Source of the DNA: Clostridiales bacterium
Lineage (GTDB): Bacteria > Bacillota > Clostridia > Christensenellales > Pumilibacteraceae
Length of the DNA stretch: 64,000 nucleotides
Direction of reading: 5' to 3'
Assembly (NCBI GenBank): GCA_029070965.1
Contig: JAIEBI010000058.1
Coordinates: 14,135 to 78,134 of the forward strand
The first letter of the stretch is position 1. Each line of letters begins with the position of its first letter. A program made the position numbers and the translations under genes. The notes beneath the pieces were generated by a model. The model searched no databases. It saw only the letters and a list, made by a program, of their open reading frames with translations, and had not been told where the DNA came from. Positions 18,276-26,986 of the stretch are shown here, in pieces.

Positions 18276-18663
18276 GGGGATGTATTGGCTTCGACGGCGC
18301 GGCTCAGCGACGGAAAGCAGGTGATAGGGTCGGCTATCTAAAAACGCAAAAGGCTTTAATTGCCAACAAAAACGAAAACGCCAAAGTCATGAAGTTCGCA
18401 GCTCCTGTTGCGGCTCCGGCAATGGCATTCGCAGCTTAGTTTTAGCTGCACGTTCGGCTCTATATCCTATCGGTAGATGATCGGGCGTAATCAAGATGGG
18501 CTCCCGCGCGGGGGATTGGTCGCACCCCGAACGGAACAAGACCTTGCGGCGCACCGCCTTTGTATATTGCGGCGGCGCGTCGGACATCAAGCAATAAACT
18601 AAACCTGTAGAAGTCCGCGTAACCCCGCGTCGGAAACCGGTTCAAATCCGGTCATCTCCACCA
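18276..18663 (+). ncRNA. ssrA: tmRNA
   Basis: 5' GGGGATGTATTGGCTTCGAC and 3' GGTTCAAATCCGGTCATCTCCACCA tRNA-like ends. Tag frame 18362-18439 ends in FAA*. Promoter TTGCAT-17-TATATT at 18218-18246. Confidence 0.95.
18645..18663 (+). repeat. attL core (19 bp, 3' end of ssrA)
   Basis: AATCCGGTCATCTCCACCA, exact copy at 52036-52054. Confidence 0.93.
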
Positions 18664-18667
18664 TTTT

Positions 18668-18697
18668 AAACGCACTACAATATATTGTGGTGCGTTT
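18668..18697. terminator. Stem-loop just inside attL (likely phage-supplied ssrA/int terminator)
   Basis: AAACGCACTACAAT-AT-ATTGTGGTGCGTTT. Confidence 0.6.
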
Positions 18698-18790
18698 GTG
18701 TATTTGTGTACTATATTTAGAAAAATTATTCTATATTATTCTGTATTATTGTACAGTATTGTGGATTTTGTTACTAATTTATGTTACTAA

Positions 18791-19936
18791 TTATTTGATT
18801 TTATCGATGATAGCTTGTTTATCGGCCGCGTAAAGATGCCCGTAAGTTTTTAGAACTTGCTCCGGCGTGTCGTTAATTAGGTCCGCAATGACAAAAATAT
18901 TTGCGCCGAGATGTACGCACATTGATACAAATGAGTGCCGCAAGTCGTAAACGCGAATCTGTTTTACGCCCGATTTTGCCACGTATCTATCAAAGGCGTG
19001 GGCGATTGTGTTTTCATGGATTGGGTGGTCGCCGCCGAAATAGAAAGGCGATTGTGGCGTATACTCAGCAAGGGCTTGTTTAAGCGGAGCGCAAATTTGT
19101 GAGTAATCTCTTTGTTCGTTTTTGGTTGACGTTATGGAGTAGGGGGTGTCATCGAGTGTCTTGCGGGAATAAGTCTTATCAAATAAAATGGTGCTTTCCG
19201 ATACGTCGTCTGCTTGCAGTGCGATTATTTCACCCTTGCGCCGTCCCGTATAAAACATCATGCTGAAAAATGTGCGGTATACGGGATTGTCTACGGTGGC
19301 GATAAATTGGTTAAATTCCTCGACCGTCCAAAATTTCATTTTGGTTTTAGGCGTTCGACGTCGCGGCTTGCGTAACTTCGATAAATTGTTCTCAATTCCG
19401 TAGCGGTCGGACAACCAAGTCAATAGCGCGCTCAAAGACGTGCGTATTTTTGTCAGATAAGCGTGAGAATAGTATTGATTGGTCTTTGGGTTGCGCATGG
19501 ACCACAGCTCGTCCTGCCACCGATAAAGGCGCTCCCGCGTGAGATTTTTTATAGGCTCACTGCCGAGCTGCGGGATAATATATTTATTATAGTTGTTTTT
19601 CTTGTCGTAGATAGAGCTGTCTTTGTTTTGATTGCCGAGTGCGGCAAGGTAGAGCGGAACCACGTCCGCCACCGTTTGTTCACTTGTTGCGTCCACTTCG
19701 ACAGGTTTACGTACCGCTTTACGCTTGGCGAGTTCACAGTACTCTTGCACAAAGTCAAGGTAGGCTTGTTTTGCATCGCCTTTGGTTTTAAAGCCGGACA
19801 GCTTCTTTTGCTTTTCCACACCTTCCATTGTTACAATGCGGAATACGATATCGTAAACGCGCCCGCGCTTGGTTTGGCGTTCGTGCGTGGAAAACTTGTT
19901 GGAGCTTATATAATAGCGTTCGGGGGTGGTGTTCAT
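18791..19936 (-). CDS. int: Phage tyrosine integrase
   Basis: N-terminal arm-binding KQKKLSGFKTKGDAK, FYTGRRKGEIIAL, YDLRHS, TYGHLY catalytic Tyr. Confidence 0.93.
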   Translation of the reverse strand: MNTTPERYYISSNKFSTHERQTKRGRVYDIVFRIVTMEGVEKQKKLSGFKTKGDAKQAYLDFVQEYCELAKRKAVRKPVEVDATSEQTVADVVPLYLAALGNQNKDSSIYDKKNNYNKYIIPQLGSEPIKNLTRERLYRWQDELWSMRNPKTNQYYSHAYLTKIRTSLSALLTWLSDRYGIENNLSKLRKPRRRTPKTKMKFWTVEEFNQFIATVDNPVYRTFFSMMFYTGRRKGEIIALQADDVSESTILFDKTYSRKTLDDTPYSITSTKNEQRDYSQICAPLKQALAEYTPQSPFYFGGDHPIHENTIAHAFDRYVAKSGVKQIRVYDLRHSFVSMCVHLGANIFVIADLINDTPEQVLKTYGHLYAADKQAIIDKIK

Positions 19937-19939
19937 ATT

Positions 19940-20479
19940 TTACTGTTTGGGCTTTGATATGGTATCCTTGGCGGGTGTTTTAGCTAATTTGTTCATAATG
20001 CGATTTTTTTGTTTAACAAAGCTGTTAGAGTTTTCATCATTCGCAGCGTTCTTATATCCTTTACTTATAGCTAAATCGCATAATCTAATGGCTTCTTGAT
20101 ATTCGCCGTGCTTTTCTAATATTATTATCTTACGAGATAATGAACCGGCAAATACAAAGCTACTATGCGATTCTTTAATGGTTGCTTTCTGAACATCATC
20201 ATAAAGCGCTATATCCATGTCGCACATAAGTAGGCAATAATCAAGCGCGGTGTCGGCGACGTCTCTTAATTTATATATGATATTTATAAGTTCAATTAGC
20301 GCATAGTGTAGGGGGATTACACAGGAGAGAGTGGGGCGAGTGTAAGAGTTTATCTCGCAAGCTTTATTATATATGTCTTTTGCCGACATAGCTTTGTAAT
20401 TTTCTCTTACGGCAAGCTGAACACGTCCGACCCTTTCGCCATACGCATTTTGCTTGTTTAATTCAGTGATGAAGTCCAT
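19940..20479 (-). CDS. Hypothetical immunity-region protein (TPR-like helix pair)
   Basis: ORF tightly between cI and int; ILEKHGEYQEAIRLCDLAISKG. Confidence 0.75.
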   Translation of the reverse strand: MDFITELNKQNAYGERVGRVQLAVRENYKAMSAKDIYNKACEINSYTRPTLSCVIPLHYALIELINIIYKLRDVADTALDYCLLMCDMDIALYDDVQKATIKESHSSFVFAGSLSRKIIILEKHGEYQEAIRLCDLAISKGYKNAANDENSNSFVKQKNRIMNKLAKTPAKDTISKPKQ

Positions 20480-20482
20480 GAC

Positions 20483-21115
20483 TTACCTCACATCACTTTG
20501 GAACGCGACAGCCTTGCCGAGAATGCGGATTTCGTTTAGTTCATCATTCTTATAAACAAATTCCTTGTATTTTGGGTTTTCCGGCCGAAGTACAAGCATT
20601 TTATTTTCAGGATAGTAATATACGCGTTTAAGTGTTGCTTCGTCGCCAATTAGTACAACTGCAATTTCTCCATTCTCGACCATGTCTTGTTGACGGCAGA
20701 AAACAATATCTCCATCCATAATACGAGCGCCAATCATGCTGTCTCCTTGCGCCGTAAGGCAAAAGTCAGCATTTATATCCGTGCCAGCCATAACATAGCT
20801 CTCTCTATCCTCGTCCGCATAAATAGGTTCGCCGCAAGCGACTTTGCCGAGCATTGGAACGCGGCGGCGGCCGATGGGGGAAAGGCTAGGGATGTCGTAA
20901 ATGCCGCTGTTTGTTGTGTGACGCGCGTCAGTTCGGCCAAGTAGATAATCGACCGATACGCCAAAATACTCGGCGAGTTTATTTAGTGTTGTGAAGTCGG
21001 GCTCACGTAAGCCATTTTCATAATTTGATAGTGCTTGCATGCTCATCCCTATAACCGTTGCCACGTCCACTTGTTTGAGCTTTTTTTCACGACGCAATTC
21101 TTTTAATCTATTCAT
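20483..21115 (-). CDS. CI/LexA-like repressor (HTH_3 + S24 peptidase)
   Basis: MNRLKELRREKKLKQ..LSNYENGLREP; VACGEP cleavage site, GDSM Ser, ATLKR Lys. RBS GAGGT before ATG 21115. Confidence 0.92.
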   Translation of the reverse strand: MNRLKELRREKKLKQVDVATVIGMSMQALSNYENGLREPDFTTLNKLAEYFGVSVDYLLGRTDARHTTNSGIYDIPSLSPIGRRRVPMLGKVACGEPIYADEDRESYVMAGTDINADFCLTAQGDSMIGARIMDGDIVFCRQQDMVENGEIAVVLIGDEATLKRVYYYPENKMLVLRPENPKYKEFVYKNDELNEIRILGKAVAFQSDVR

Positions 21116-21139
21116 TTTGTGGTACCTCACATTGATTTT

Positions 21140-21233
21140 AACATATTGTTTAAAAAAATTCCACAAATTGTTAAAAAATACTTGACATTCCTCAAAATGT
21201 GTAGTAAGCTATATTTACGCTCAACAATTTGAG
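21140..21233. promoter_or_regulatory. Lysis/lysogeny switch: rightward promoter and candidate operators
   Basis: TTGACA (21182)-17-TAAGCT. Related 11-mers AACATATTGTT 21140, CACAAATTGTT 21162, CTCAAAATGTG 21191, AACAATTTGAG 21223. Confidence 0.55.
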
Positions 21234-21251
21234 GAATTTAGGAGGCATGAC

Positions 21252-21506
21252 ATGAAAAGAATTAGAGAATGGCGTAGCGATGAATGGGAAACGGGCGACA
21301 AGGCGAGGAGTCAGCGGGAATTGCAAAGAATGGCGAGAAAGATAATCACGAACGCTGAAAAGGTGGAAAACGAACCTACGCCCGGACATTCGGAAGTCAA
21401 CTTGGGTCGCGTTTTAATATGCACATCAAGCCTTTTGCCGAATACCGAGTACATTATTCATATGAATGGTTTTACGGTCGAGGACATAATCGAGATTATA
21501 TCTTAA
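21252..21506 (+). CDS. Hypothetical phage protein
   Basis: RBS AGGAGG; first gene after the rightward promoter. Confidence 0.65.
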   Translation: MKRIREWRSDEWETGDKARSQRELQRMARKIITNAEKVENEPTPGHSEVNLGRVLICTSSLLPNTEYIIHMNGFTVEDIIEIIS

Positions 21507-21517
21507 AGGAGGTAATT

Positions 21518-21697
21518 ATGCAGGGACTTAAACAAAAGCGCAAAGCGGGGCGTTGGAAAACGCAAGAAATTGCGGATGCCGCAGGTGTAACCATTGCGGC
21601 CGTCTACGCTTGGGAAAGCGGCAAGCGTTTTCCTACGAAGCCGAAGCTGGACAAGCTTTGCGAGTTCTTTCACTGCAAAGTAGACGATTTGCTGTAA
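21518..21697 (+). CDS. Cro-like HTH protein
   Basis: RBS AAGGAGGT; QEIADAAGVTIAAVYAWESGKRFP. Confidence 0.85.
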   Translation: MQGLKQKRKAGRWKTQEIADAAGVTIAAVYAWESGKRFPTKPKLDKLCEFFHCKVDDLL

Positions 21698-21707
21698 GGA
21701 GGTAAGC

Positions 21708-21938
21708 ATGACTTACGATAAACGCAGCGAAATCTTGTCAAAGGATTATTTGACCATAGCGGATATGCAGGATTTGTTGGGCTTAAGCTATAATGACGCG
21801 GCAAAGCTAATACGCGAGATTAAGCGAAAGCACAATCGACTGAACACGCGCGGCAAAATCCATATCCAAGATTATATTGACTACTATCAGCTTGACGCGA
21901 TACGGTATCAGCCCGTCGCGCAAGCTACCAAAATCTAA
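21708..21938 (+). CDS. Excisionase-like HTH protein
   Basis: YLTIADMQDLLGLSYNDAAKLIR; position after cro. Confidence 0.6.
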   Translation: MTYDKRSEILSKDYLTIADMQDLLGLSYNDAAKLIREIKRKHNRLNTRGKIHIQDYIDYYQLDAIRYQPVAQATKI

Positions 21939-21954
21939 CAAGGAGGTGAAAAGC

Positions 21955-22179
21955 GTGGAATCAACGACTTACTACAGCCCAGCGGGAGTGCCGCATAAGA
22001 TAAGCACTAACTATACGCCAAGCGGTTATGAGATACGGCTTGACGGTAAGATTTGCGGTATGGCTGACGATCGTACGGAACTTAACGACGCGGTGCGAGA
22101 GTTAGTCAAGCGTAAGAGATTTTCGGAAACTCCGAAAAGCCAGCAAAGAAAAACTCCGCTTCGTGCCGGCAAGCTATGA
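21955..22179 (+). CDS. Hypothetical phage protein
   Basis: GTG start behind AGGAGGTG. Confidence 0.6.
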   Translation: MESTTYYSPAGVPHKISTNYTPSGYEIRLDGKICGMADDRTELNDAVRELVKRKRFSETPKSQQRKTPLRAGKL

Positions 22180-22299
22180 GCGGAGTAATTGAAAGGCTTA
22201 GGACAAGCCATAAGCTGTCCTAATTGTATCACAACAGTAAGTAACAGTCAATCATTCGGAGCTATCCGACAACAAAAAATTCAATTAGGAGAAACAATC

Positions 22300-22563
22300 A
22301 TGAAAAAATATTACCAAGAGCAACTCGCCAAAGAAAAGGTGGAGCTGGAGTACATAGCAAAAGGCGTTGTAGTTTCGGTGGACAGGCTCATTTACGATTA
22401 CCAACAAGCTTCGATACACACTCCGTTGTCTATTGAAAGTACTATGGCACTTGTAGATAATCTTAACACGATACTTGATGTTTATTTTACCAAAGTCAAA
22501 AATGTAGCGGGTGTGCAAAAGGCGCTTGACGATTATATTGCAAAAAACGGGGAGGATAAATAA
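22300..22563 (+). CDS. Hypothetical phage protein
   Basis: RBS AGGAG before ATG 22300. Confidence 0.65.
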   Translation: MKKYYQEQLAKEKVELEYIAKGVVVSVDRLIYDYQQASIHTPLSIESTMALVDNLNTILDVYFTKVKNVAGVQKALDDYIAKNGEDK

Positions 22564-22564
22564 G

Positions 22565-23065
22565 ATGCCTAACATTTACAAACTTGGTGACGATTACCTT
22601 ATGCTTGCGAATCGTCTTGCGGATACGGCGGACGAGGACGGTGTTATAGATACCACGCTATTACCCGTCGTATCGGAAGCGAAAGAGCTTGTCGAGAGTA
22701 AAGCCGCATCAATCGGCTGTGTTGTCAAGGAGATTAGTGCATATAAGGCGCAAATCGACGATGAAATCAAGCGCCTTACCGCGATGAGTAAGACGCTTGG
22801 AAATCGTATTGATTATCTTACGGGTGCGACAAGCGCAGTGTTGCAAGCGTGCGGGATAGAGCGTGTAAACGGCGTGCATGCCGTTATATTGTTCCGCCGC
22901 TCTGAACAAACGGTAATCGACGACGAAAGCGAGTTGCCCGACGAGTACACAACGACCAAGATAACCGTCACGCCGGACAAGACCAAGATTAAGAACGCAA
23001 TCAAGGCAGGACAAGCAGTCCCCGGCGCGCGGCTTGTTGAAAAGCTCAACATTCAAATTAAGTAG
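22565..23065 (+). CDS. Siphovirus Gp157-family protein
   Basis: C-terminal PDKTKIKNAIKAGQAVPGARLVEKLNIQIK. Confidence 0.85.
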   Translation: MPNIYKLGDDYLMLANRLADTADEDGVIDTTLLPVVSEAKELVESKAASIGCVVKEISAYKAQIDDEIKRLTAMSKTLGNRIDYLTGATSAVLQACGIERVNGVHAVILFRRSEQTVIDDESELPDEYTTTKITVTPDKTKIKNAIKAGQAVPGARLVEKLNIQIK

Positions 23066-23076
23066 GGAGGCGAGTT

Positions 23077-23778
23077 ATGAATATCTATCAAGCAATCCAC
23101 GGCGTTATGAATGAAGTTGGCGCAATCGGCAAAAACCGTAAGAATCAGCAACAAGGATTTATGTACCGCGGTGTGGACGAAGTAATGAACGCGCTACAGC
23201 CTGCTTTTGTCAATCATAACATATTTGTTGTACCCGAAGTATTGGAGCAAACACGCGAGGAGCGCACCACGAAAAACGGCGGCCAGCTACTGTACAGCAT
23301 ATTGAAAGTCAAATTCACGTTTTACGCCGACGACGGCTCTAATGTATCGGCAACGGTAGTCGGTGAGGGGATGGATAGCGCTGACAAAGCGAGTAATAAG
23401 GCGATGAGCGTAGCGTTTAAGTATGCGTGCTTCCAAGTCTTTTGCATCCCGACCGAGGAAATGGTTGACCCTGACAGCGAAACGCCGCCGCAATCAACGC
23501 AAAAGCCCATACGCCAAGCATACGATAACGGTCCGCCCGCTGCACCGCCGCCTCCACCCGCACAGCAATCGGACAAAGGCACGGTCACAGAAAAGAGTAT
23601 TCGCACACAACAGCTTGAGCGACTTATATCCGGTACAAAGCATACACTTGACGAAGCAAATATCGTTGCTCAAAAAGCTTATGGTGCAGCTAACTACGAC
23701 GCGCTTGCAATACCACAATACAATGACCTGTACGACCGTTTAGAAAAAAAGATAAAGCAGGAGCGTGGCAATGGCTGA
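23077..23778 (+). CDS. ERF-family ssDNA annealing protein
   Basis: GFMYRGVDEV and GEGMDSADKASNKAMSVAFKYA. Confidence 0.85.
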   Translation: MNIYQAIHGVMNEVGAIGKNRKNQQQGFMYRGVDEVMNALQPAFVNHNIFVVPEVLEQTREERTTKNGGQLLYSILKVKFTFYADDGSNVSATVVGEGMDSADKASNKAMSVAFKYACFQVFCIPTEEMVDPDSETPPQSTQKPIRQAYDNGPPAAPPPPPAQQSDKGTVTEKSIRTQQLERLISGTKHTLDEANIVAQKAYGAANYDALAIPQYNDLYDRLEKKIKQERGNG

Positions 23779-24343
23779 CGTATTCGGAACAATCGAATGC
23801 ACCATCGAAAGTTGCATGACCGACCGCGACGGGTCGCTTGTAATGGCGTTGCGCGCTAAAAGCGGCGAAAAGCGGTCGGCCGAGCAAATTCTCGACGAAA
23901 CGCTTTCAGTGCAAAAAACGCCCAATAAACGGCTTATAGCGCAATTCAAATGGCATCGAGAAAAACGAAGCTTAAACGCCAATGCGTACTTCCATGTACT
24001 TGTCGGTAAAATAGCGAAAGCCACGCAGCAAAGCGAAACCGAAATCAAGCGACATCTTGTGTTTGACTACGGCGTACAGCTTGGAGCTTTGGTACTGGAA
24101 AGCGATATGGCGCCCGAAAAGGCGGGTGTTGATTACGCAAAACCGATTAAAGATTTTCAGTCGCCAAAAGGTAAGCCGTGCGTGGAATACATGGTATACA
24201 AGCAAACGCGTAAGCTCGATACGGCGGAAATGGCACGGCTTATCGACGGAACGGTGTCGGAAGCACAGCAGCTCGGTATAGAAACCAAAACGCCCGCCGA
24301 GTTGGACAAAATAAAAGCGCTTTGGGCAAGCGACAAGGAGTAG
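23771..24343 (+). CDS. NinB-like phage recombination protein
   Basis: KRSLNANAYFHVL...TRKLDTAEMARLIDGTVSEAQQLGIET. Confidence 0.6.
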   Translation: MADVFGTIECTIESCMTDRDGSLVMALRAKSGEKRSAEQILDETLSVQKTPNKRLIAQFKWHREKRSLNANAYFHVLVGKIAKATQQSETEIKRHLVFDYGVQLGALVLESDMAPEKAGVDYAKPIKDFQSPKGKPCVEYMVYKQTRKLDTAEMARLIDGTVSEAQQLGIETKTPAELDKIKALWASDKE

Positions 24344-24345
24344 AA

Positions 24346-24765
24346 ATGAACAAAATCATATTGATTGGCAACCTTACCAAAGATCCCGAATCGGGCAGCA
24401 CTCAGGGCGGAGTCAACTTCACTCGGTTTACTATAGCGGTTAACCGTCCATTTACAAATTCAGCGGGAGAGCGCGTCGCGGATTATTTCGATATAATCGC
24501 ATGGCGGCAACTCGCCGAGCGTTGCGCTAAATACCTATTCAAGGGCAGTAAGGTCGGCATTAACGGCTATGTTCAGCGCCAGCAGTACGAGGACCGCGAC
24601 GGCATTAAGCGCACGTCGTTCGACGTCGTAGCGGAAGAAGTCGAGTTCTTAACGCCGCGTAGCACCGTCGCGGGCGGCGGCGCACAGGACGGTTACACAC
24701 CGAATGAACCGCGTCAACCTATCTCAGATATGCAACCCGTCGACAATGACGATTTGCCGTTTTAA
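24346..24765 (+). CDS. ssb: Single-stranded DNA-binding protein
   Basis: MNKIILIGNLTKDPE...DDLPF. Confidence 0.95.
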   Translation: MNKIILIGNLTKDPESGSTQGGVNFTRFTIAVNRPFTNSAGERVADYFDIIAWRQLAERCAKYLFKGSKVGINGYVQRQQYEDRDGIKRTSFDVVAEEVEFLTPRSTVAGGGAQDGYTPNEPRQPISDMQPVDNDDLPF

Positions 24766-24778
24766 AAGGAGGTGAACA

Positions 24779-25576
24779 GTGGCAAGAAAGCGAATGATTT
24801 CCCCTGAGATATGGGAGTCGTCGTCTTTCTCGAAGTTAACTGATTTTGCAAAACTGATTTTTATCGGCTTGATATCAAATGCCGACGACGAAGGTAAAGG
24901 TAAAGCCAACCCCGGTTACATAAGGTCGAAGCTGTTCCCGAACGACGAGGAAAGGCGCGTGACCGACATCAAAAAAGCCCTATCCGAGATAGCACTGACG
25001 ATGTCCATTACGTTCTATGAAGTCAACGGCGATAGTCTCTATCACTTAACAAATTGGGCGCGCTGGCAAAAAATCGATCGTCCGACGCCATCAAAATTCC
25101 CTAATCCGCCAAAAGAGCAATCTATGGGGGAAAGGGGGAACTGTACGCAAAATCAAGCACTCGACGAAGGCTCGACGAATACTCGACGAATACTCGACGA
25201 AGGCTCGCCCTTAATAGAAAAGAATAGAATAGAAAAGAATGAAAAAGAAGAGAGTGCTATATATGTAAACTCTTACAACGCGGGCGCGCATGCGCGTATG
25301 GACCCGCCCTCGGTGGACGAAGTTCGGGAATACTGCCGAGAAATCGGTAGTGCCATAGATGCGCAACGTTTTGTAGACTACTATACGGCAAACGGCTGGA
25401 TGGTTGGAAAGAATCCTATGCGCGATTGGAAAGCAATGGTGCGGCGCTGGGGAACATTACAATTTGGTGACGCTTCAAGTTCCGCACCGAAAAGAATTAC
25501 GTATCAAACGTATACCGATGAAGAGCTTAACGCAATGTTTACACAAATCACGGAGGACGACACAACAGCGTCGTAA
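24779..25576 (+). CDS. Phage replication initiation protein
   Basis: MARKRMISPEIW..LIFIGLISNADDEG N-terminus; C-terminal PPSVDEVREYC..FVDYYTANGW..MRDWKA; internal iterons. Confidence 0.85.
   Translation: MARKRMISPEIWESSSFSKLTDFAKLIFIGLISNADDEGKGKANPGYIRSKLFPNDEERRVTDIKKALSEIALTMSITFYEVNGDSLYHLTNWARWQKIDRPTPSKFPNPPKEQSMGERGNCTQNQALDEGSTNTRRILDEGSPLIEKNRIEKNEKEESAIYVNSYNAGAHARMDPPSVDEVREYCREIGSAIDAQRFVDYYTANGWMVGKNPMRDWKAMVRRWGTLQFGDASSSAPKRITYQTYTDEELNAMFTQITEDDTTAS
25160..25207 (+). repeat. Four 11-bp iterons (putative phage origin)
   Basis: CTCGACGAAGG-CTCGACGAATA-CTCGACGAATA-CTCGACGAAGG-CTCG. Confidence 0.8.
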
Positions 25577-25637
25577 CAATATAGACTTAACGCCGCAAGT
25601 CGGGCGGCATTACCCGACAAAAATAAGGAGAAATATT

Positions 25638-26648
25638 ATGAACGAAATTACAACACTTTTGGCAACTGCCGAAATCAATAGAACAGCCGTACAGAACGAC
25701 GCCATCCGTGCGCATGAGCGAGTAATCATGGATAGGCAAATGGTGGTTTGCGGACTGTCCAATCTTTGCCGTGATCTAAAAGAAATTCGGGATATGCGCC
25801 ACTATGCAACACTCGGGTACAGCGACTTTGGACGGTACACCGAAGAGCAACACGGCATAGGTGAGCGGCAAGCTTACAAGTACATACGCATATTCGAGCG
25901 GCACGGCGCCGAGTTTTTGAACTTGAATTCAAAACTTGGAGTGACCAAGCTCTTGGAACTTGCCGTACTCGACCGCGATGAAAGGGACAAGCTATTGTCC
26001 GAGCATAATACCGACGAGCTTGCTGGTATGAGCGTCGGCGAGGTGAAGCAGCTCGTTGAAGGTGCGCAAGAACTTCACGGGCAAATGGACATGTTTGACG
26101 CCATCGAAGTGGACAAAGCATCGGCGCCGGCGGAAACTGACGTCGAAGCAAGCTTACGCGAAAAAATAGAAGCGGAGTATGCCGAGAAAATAGCCGAGCT
26201 TGAAAGCAAGGTGATGACAGACGCCGAACTCGCGGACTTTAGGCGCGAAGCCGAAAAAGAAGCGGCAGCAAAAACCAGCGAGGCAGTAAAACAACTCAAA
26301 GCCGACCTTAAGGCGGCGAAGGACGGAAAGACTGCTGCCGAAAAAGCAAAGGCGGAGGCAGAGAGGGCAAAAGCCGAAGCGGACAAGCAGCTCAAAGAAC
26401 TCGCGGATAGCGAAAAACAGCTCAAAGAACTCAAAGAACGCATCAATGCGGCGGAAGCCGAAAAGGCGGCGGCCGAAAAGCAAATACGACTGTCGGCAGA
26501 CCCCGAGTATGCGAGATTCAAGTATATGTTCGAACGCTGGCAAGCTGATTCGGCCGCGCTTGTGGAACAGCTTTTCAAGTGCGACGAGAGCAAGCGCAGC
26601 AAGCTCATAGGTGCAATCAAAAAGGTTATGGAGGGACTGGGACTGTGA
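25638..26648 (+). CDS. DUF3102-like protein with long coiled coil
   Basis: LKEIRDMRHYATLGYSDFGRY..IGERQAYKYI..LGVTKLLEL; RBS AAGGAG. Confidence 0.7.
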   Translation: MNEITTLLATAEINRTAVQNDAIRAHERVIMDRQMVVCGLSNLCRDLKEIRDMRHYATLGYSDFGRYTEEQHGIGERQAYKYIRIFERHGAEFLNLNSKLGVTKLLELAVLDRDERDKLLSEHNTDELAGMSVGEVKQLVEGAQELHGQMDMFDAIEVDKASAPAETDVEASLREKIEAEYAEKIAELESKVMTDAELADFRREAEKEAAAKTSEAVKQLKADLKAAKDGKTAAEKAKAEAERAKAEADKQLKELADSEKQLKELKERINAAEAEKAAAEKQIRLSADPEYARFKYMFERWQADSAALVEQLFKCDESKRSKLIGAIKKVMEGLGL

Positions 26649-26977
26649 GAAAAGACGAGTTTTTAAGAATGATGGTGCAGGACAACGAGACGGAGTCCGA
26701 CAAGAATAAGAAAGCGCTGTATGCCGACGTCATCGAGTGCATGGACATAGCACTGTCGCAGTCGTCGGCAGATACAGATATTGCTGCGGACAAAACGGTG
26801 GAGGGCGCGTACAACACGGTCGAGACGTTCGCACGAAAGAACAATCGTAAGTCTGTCGGCCCGTTTGAAAGCGCCGAGCTTATTGCGCAATATCTCGGCG
26901 TTAAGTACGAGCGTGCGACAAAGAAGTACGCTAAGCCTAAGCCGCCGACGGTCAATCTCGACGATCTGTTAGACTGA
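26645..26977 (+). CDS. PcfK-like protein
   Basis: KTVEGAYNTVETFARK; directly upstream of a PcfJ gene. Confidence 0.55.
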   Translation: MRKDEFLRMMVQDNETESDKNKKALYADVIECMDIALSQSSADTDIAADKTVEGAYNTVETFARKNNRKSVGPFESAELIAQYLGVKYERATKKYAKPKPPTVNLDDLLD

Positions 26978-26986
26978 GGTGATGGC

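Noticed and set aside
18218-18439. 73-aa ORF in the track
   Set aside because: It begins in the ssrA promoter and only its 3' part is the tmRNA tag frame; not a protein gene.
25160-25207. CRISPR-like array
   Set aside because: 11-bp units with no spacers, inside a coding region; they fit iterons.
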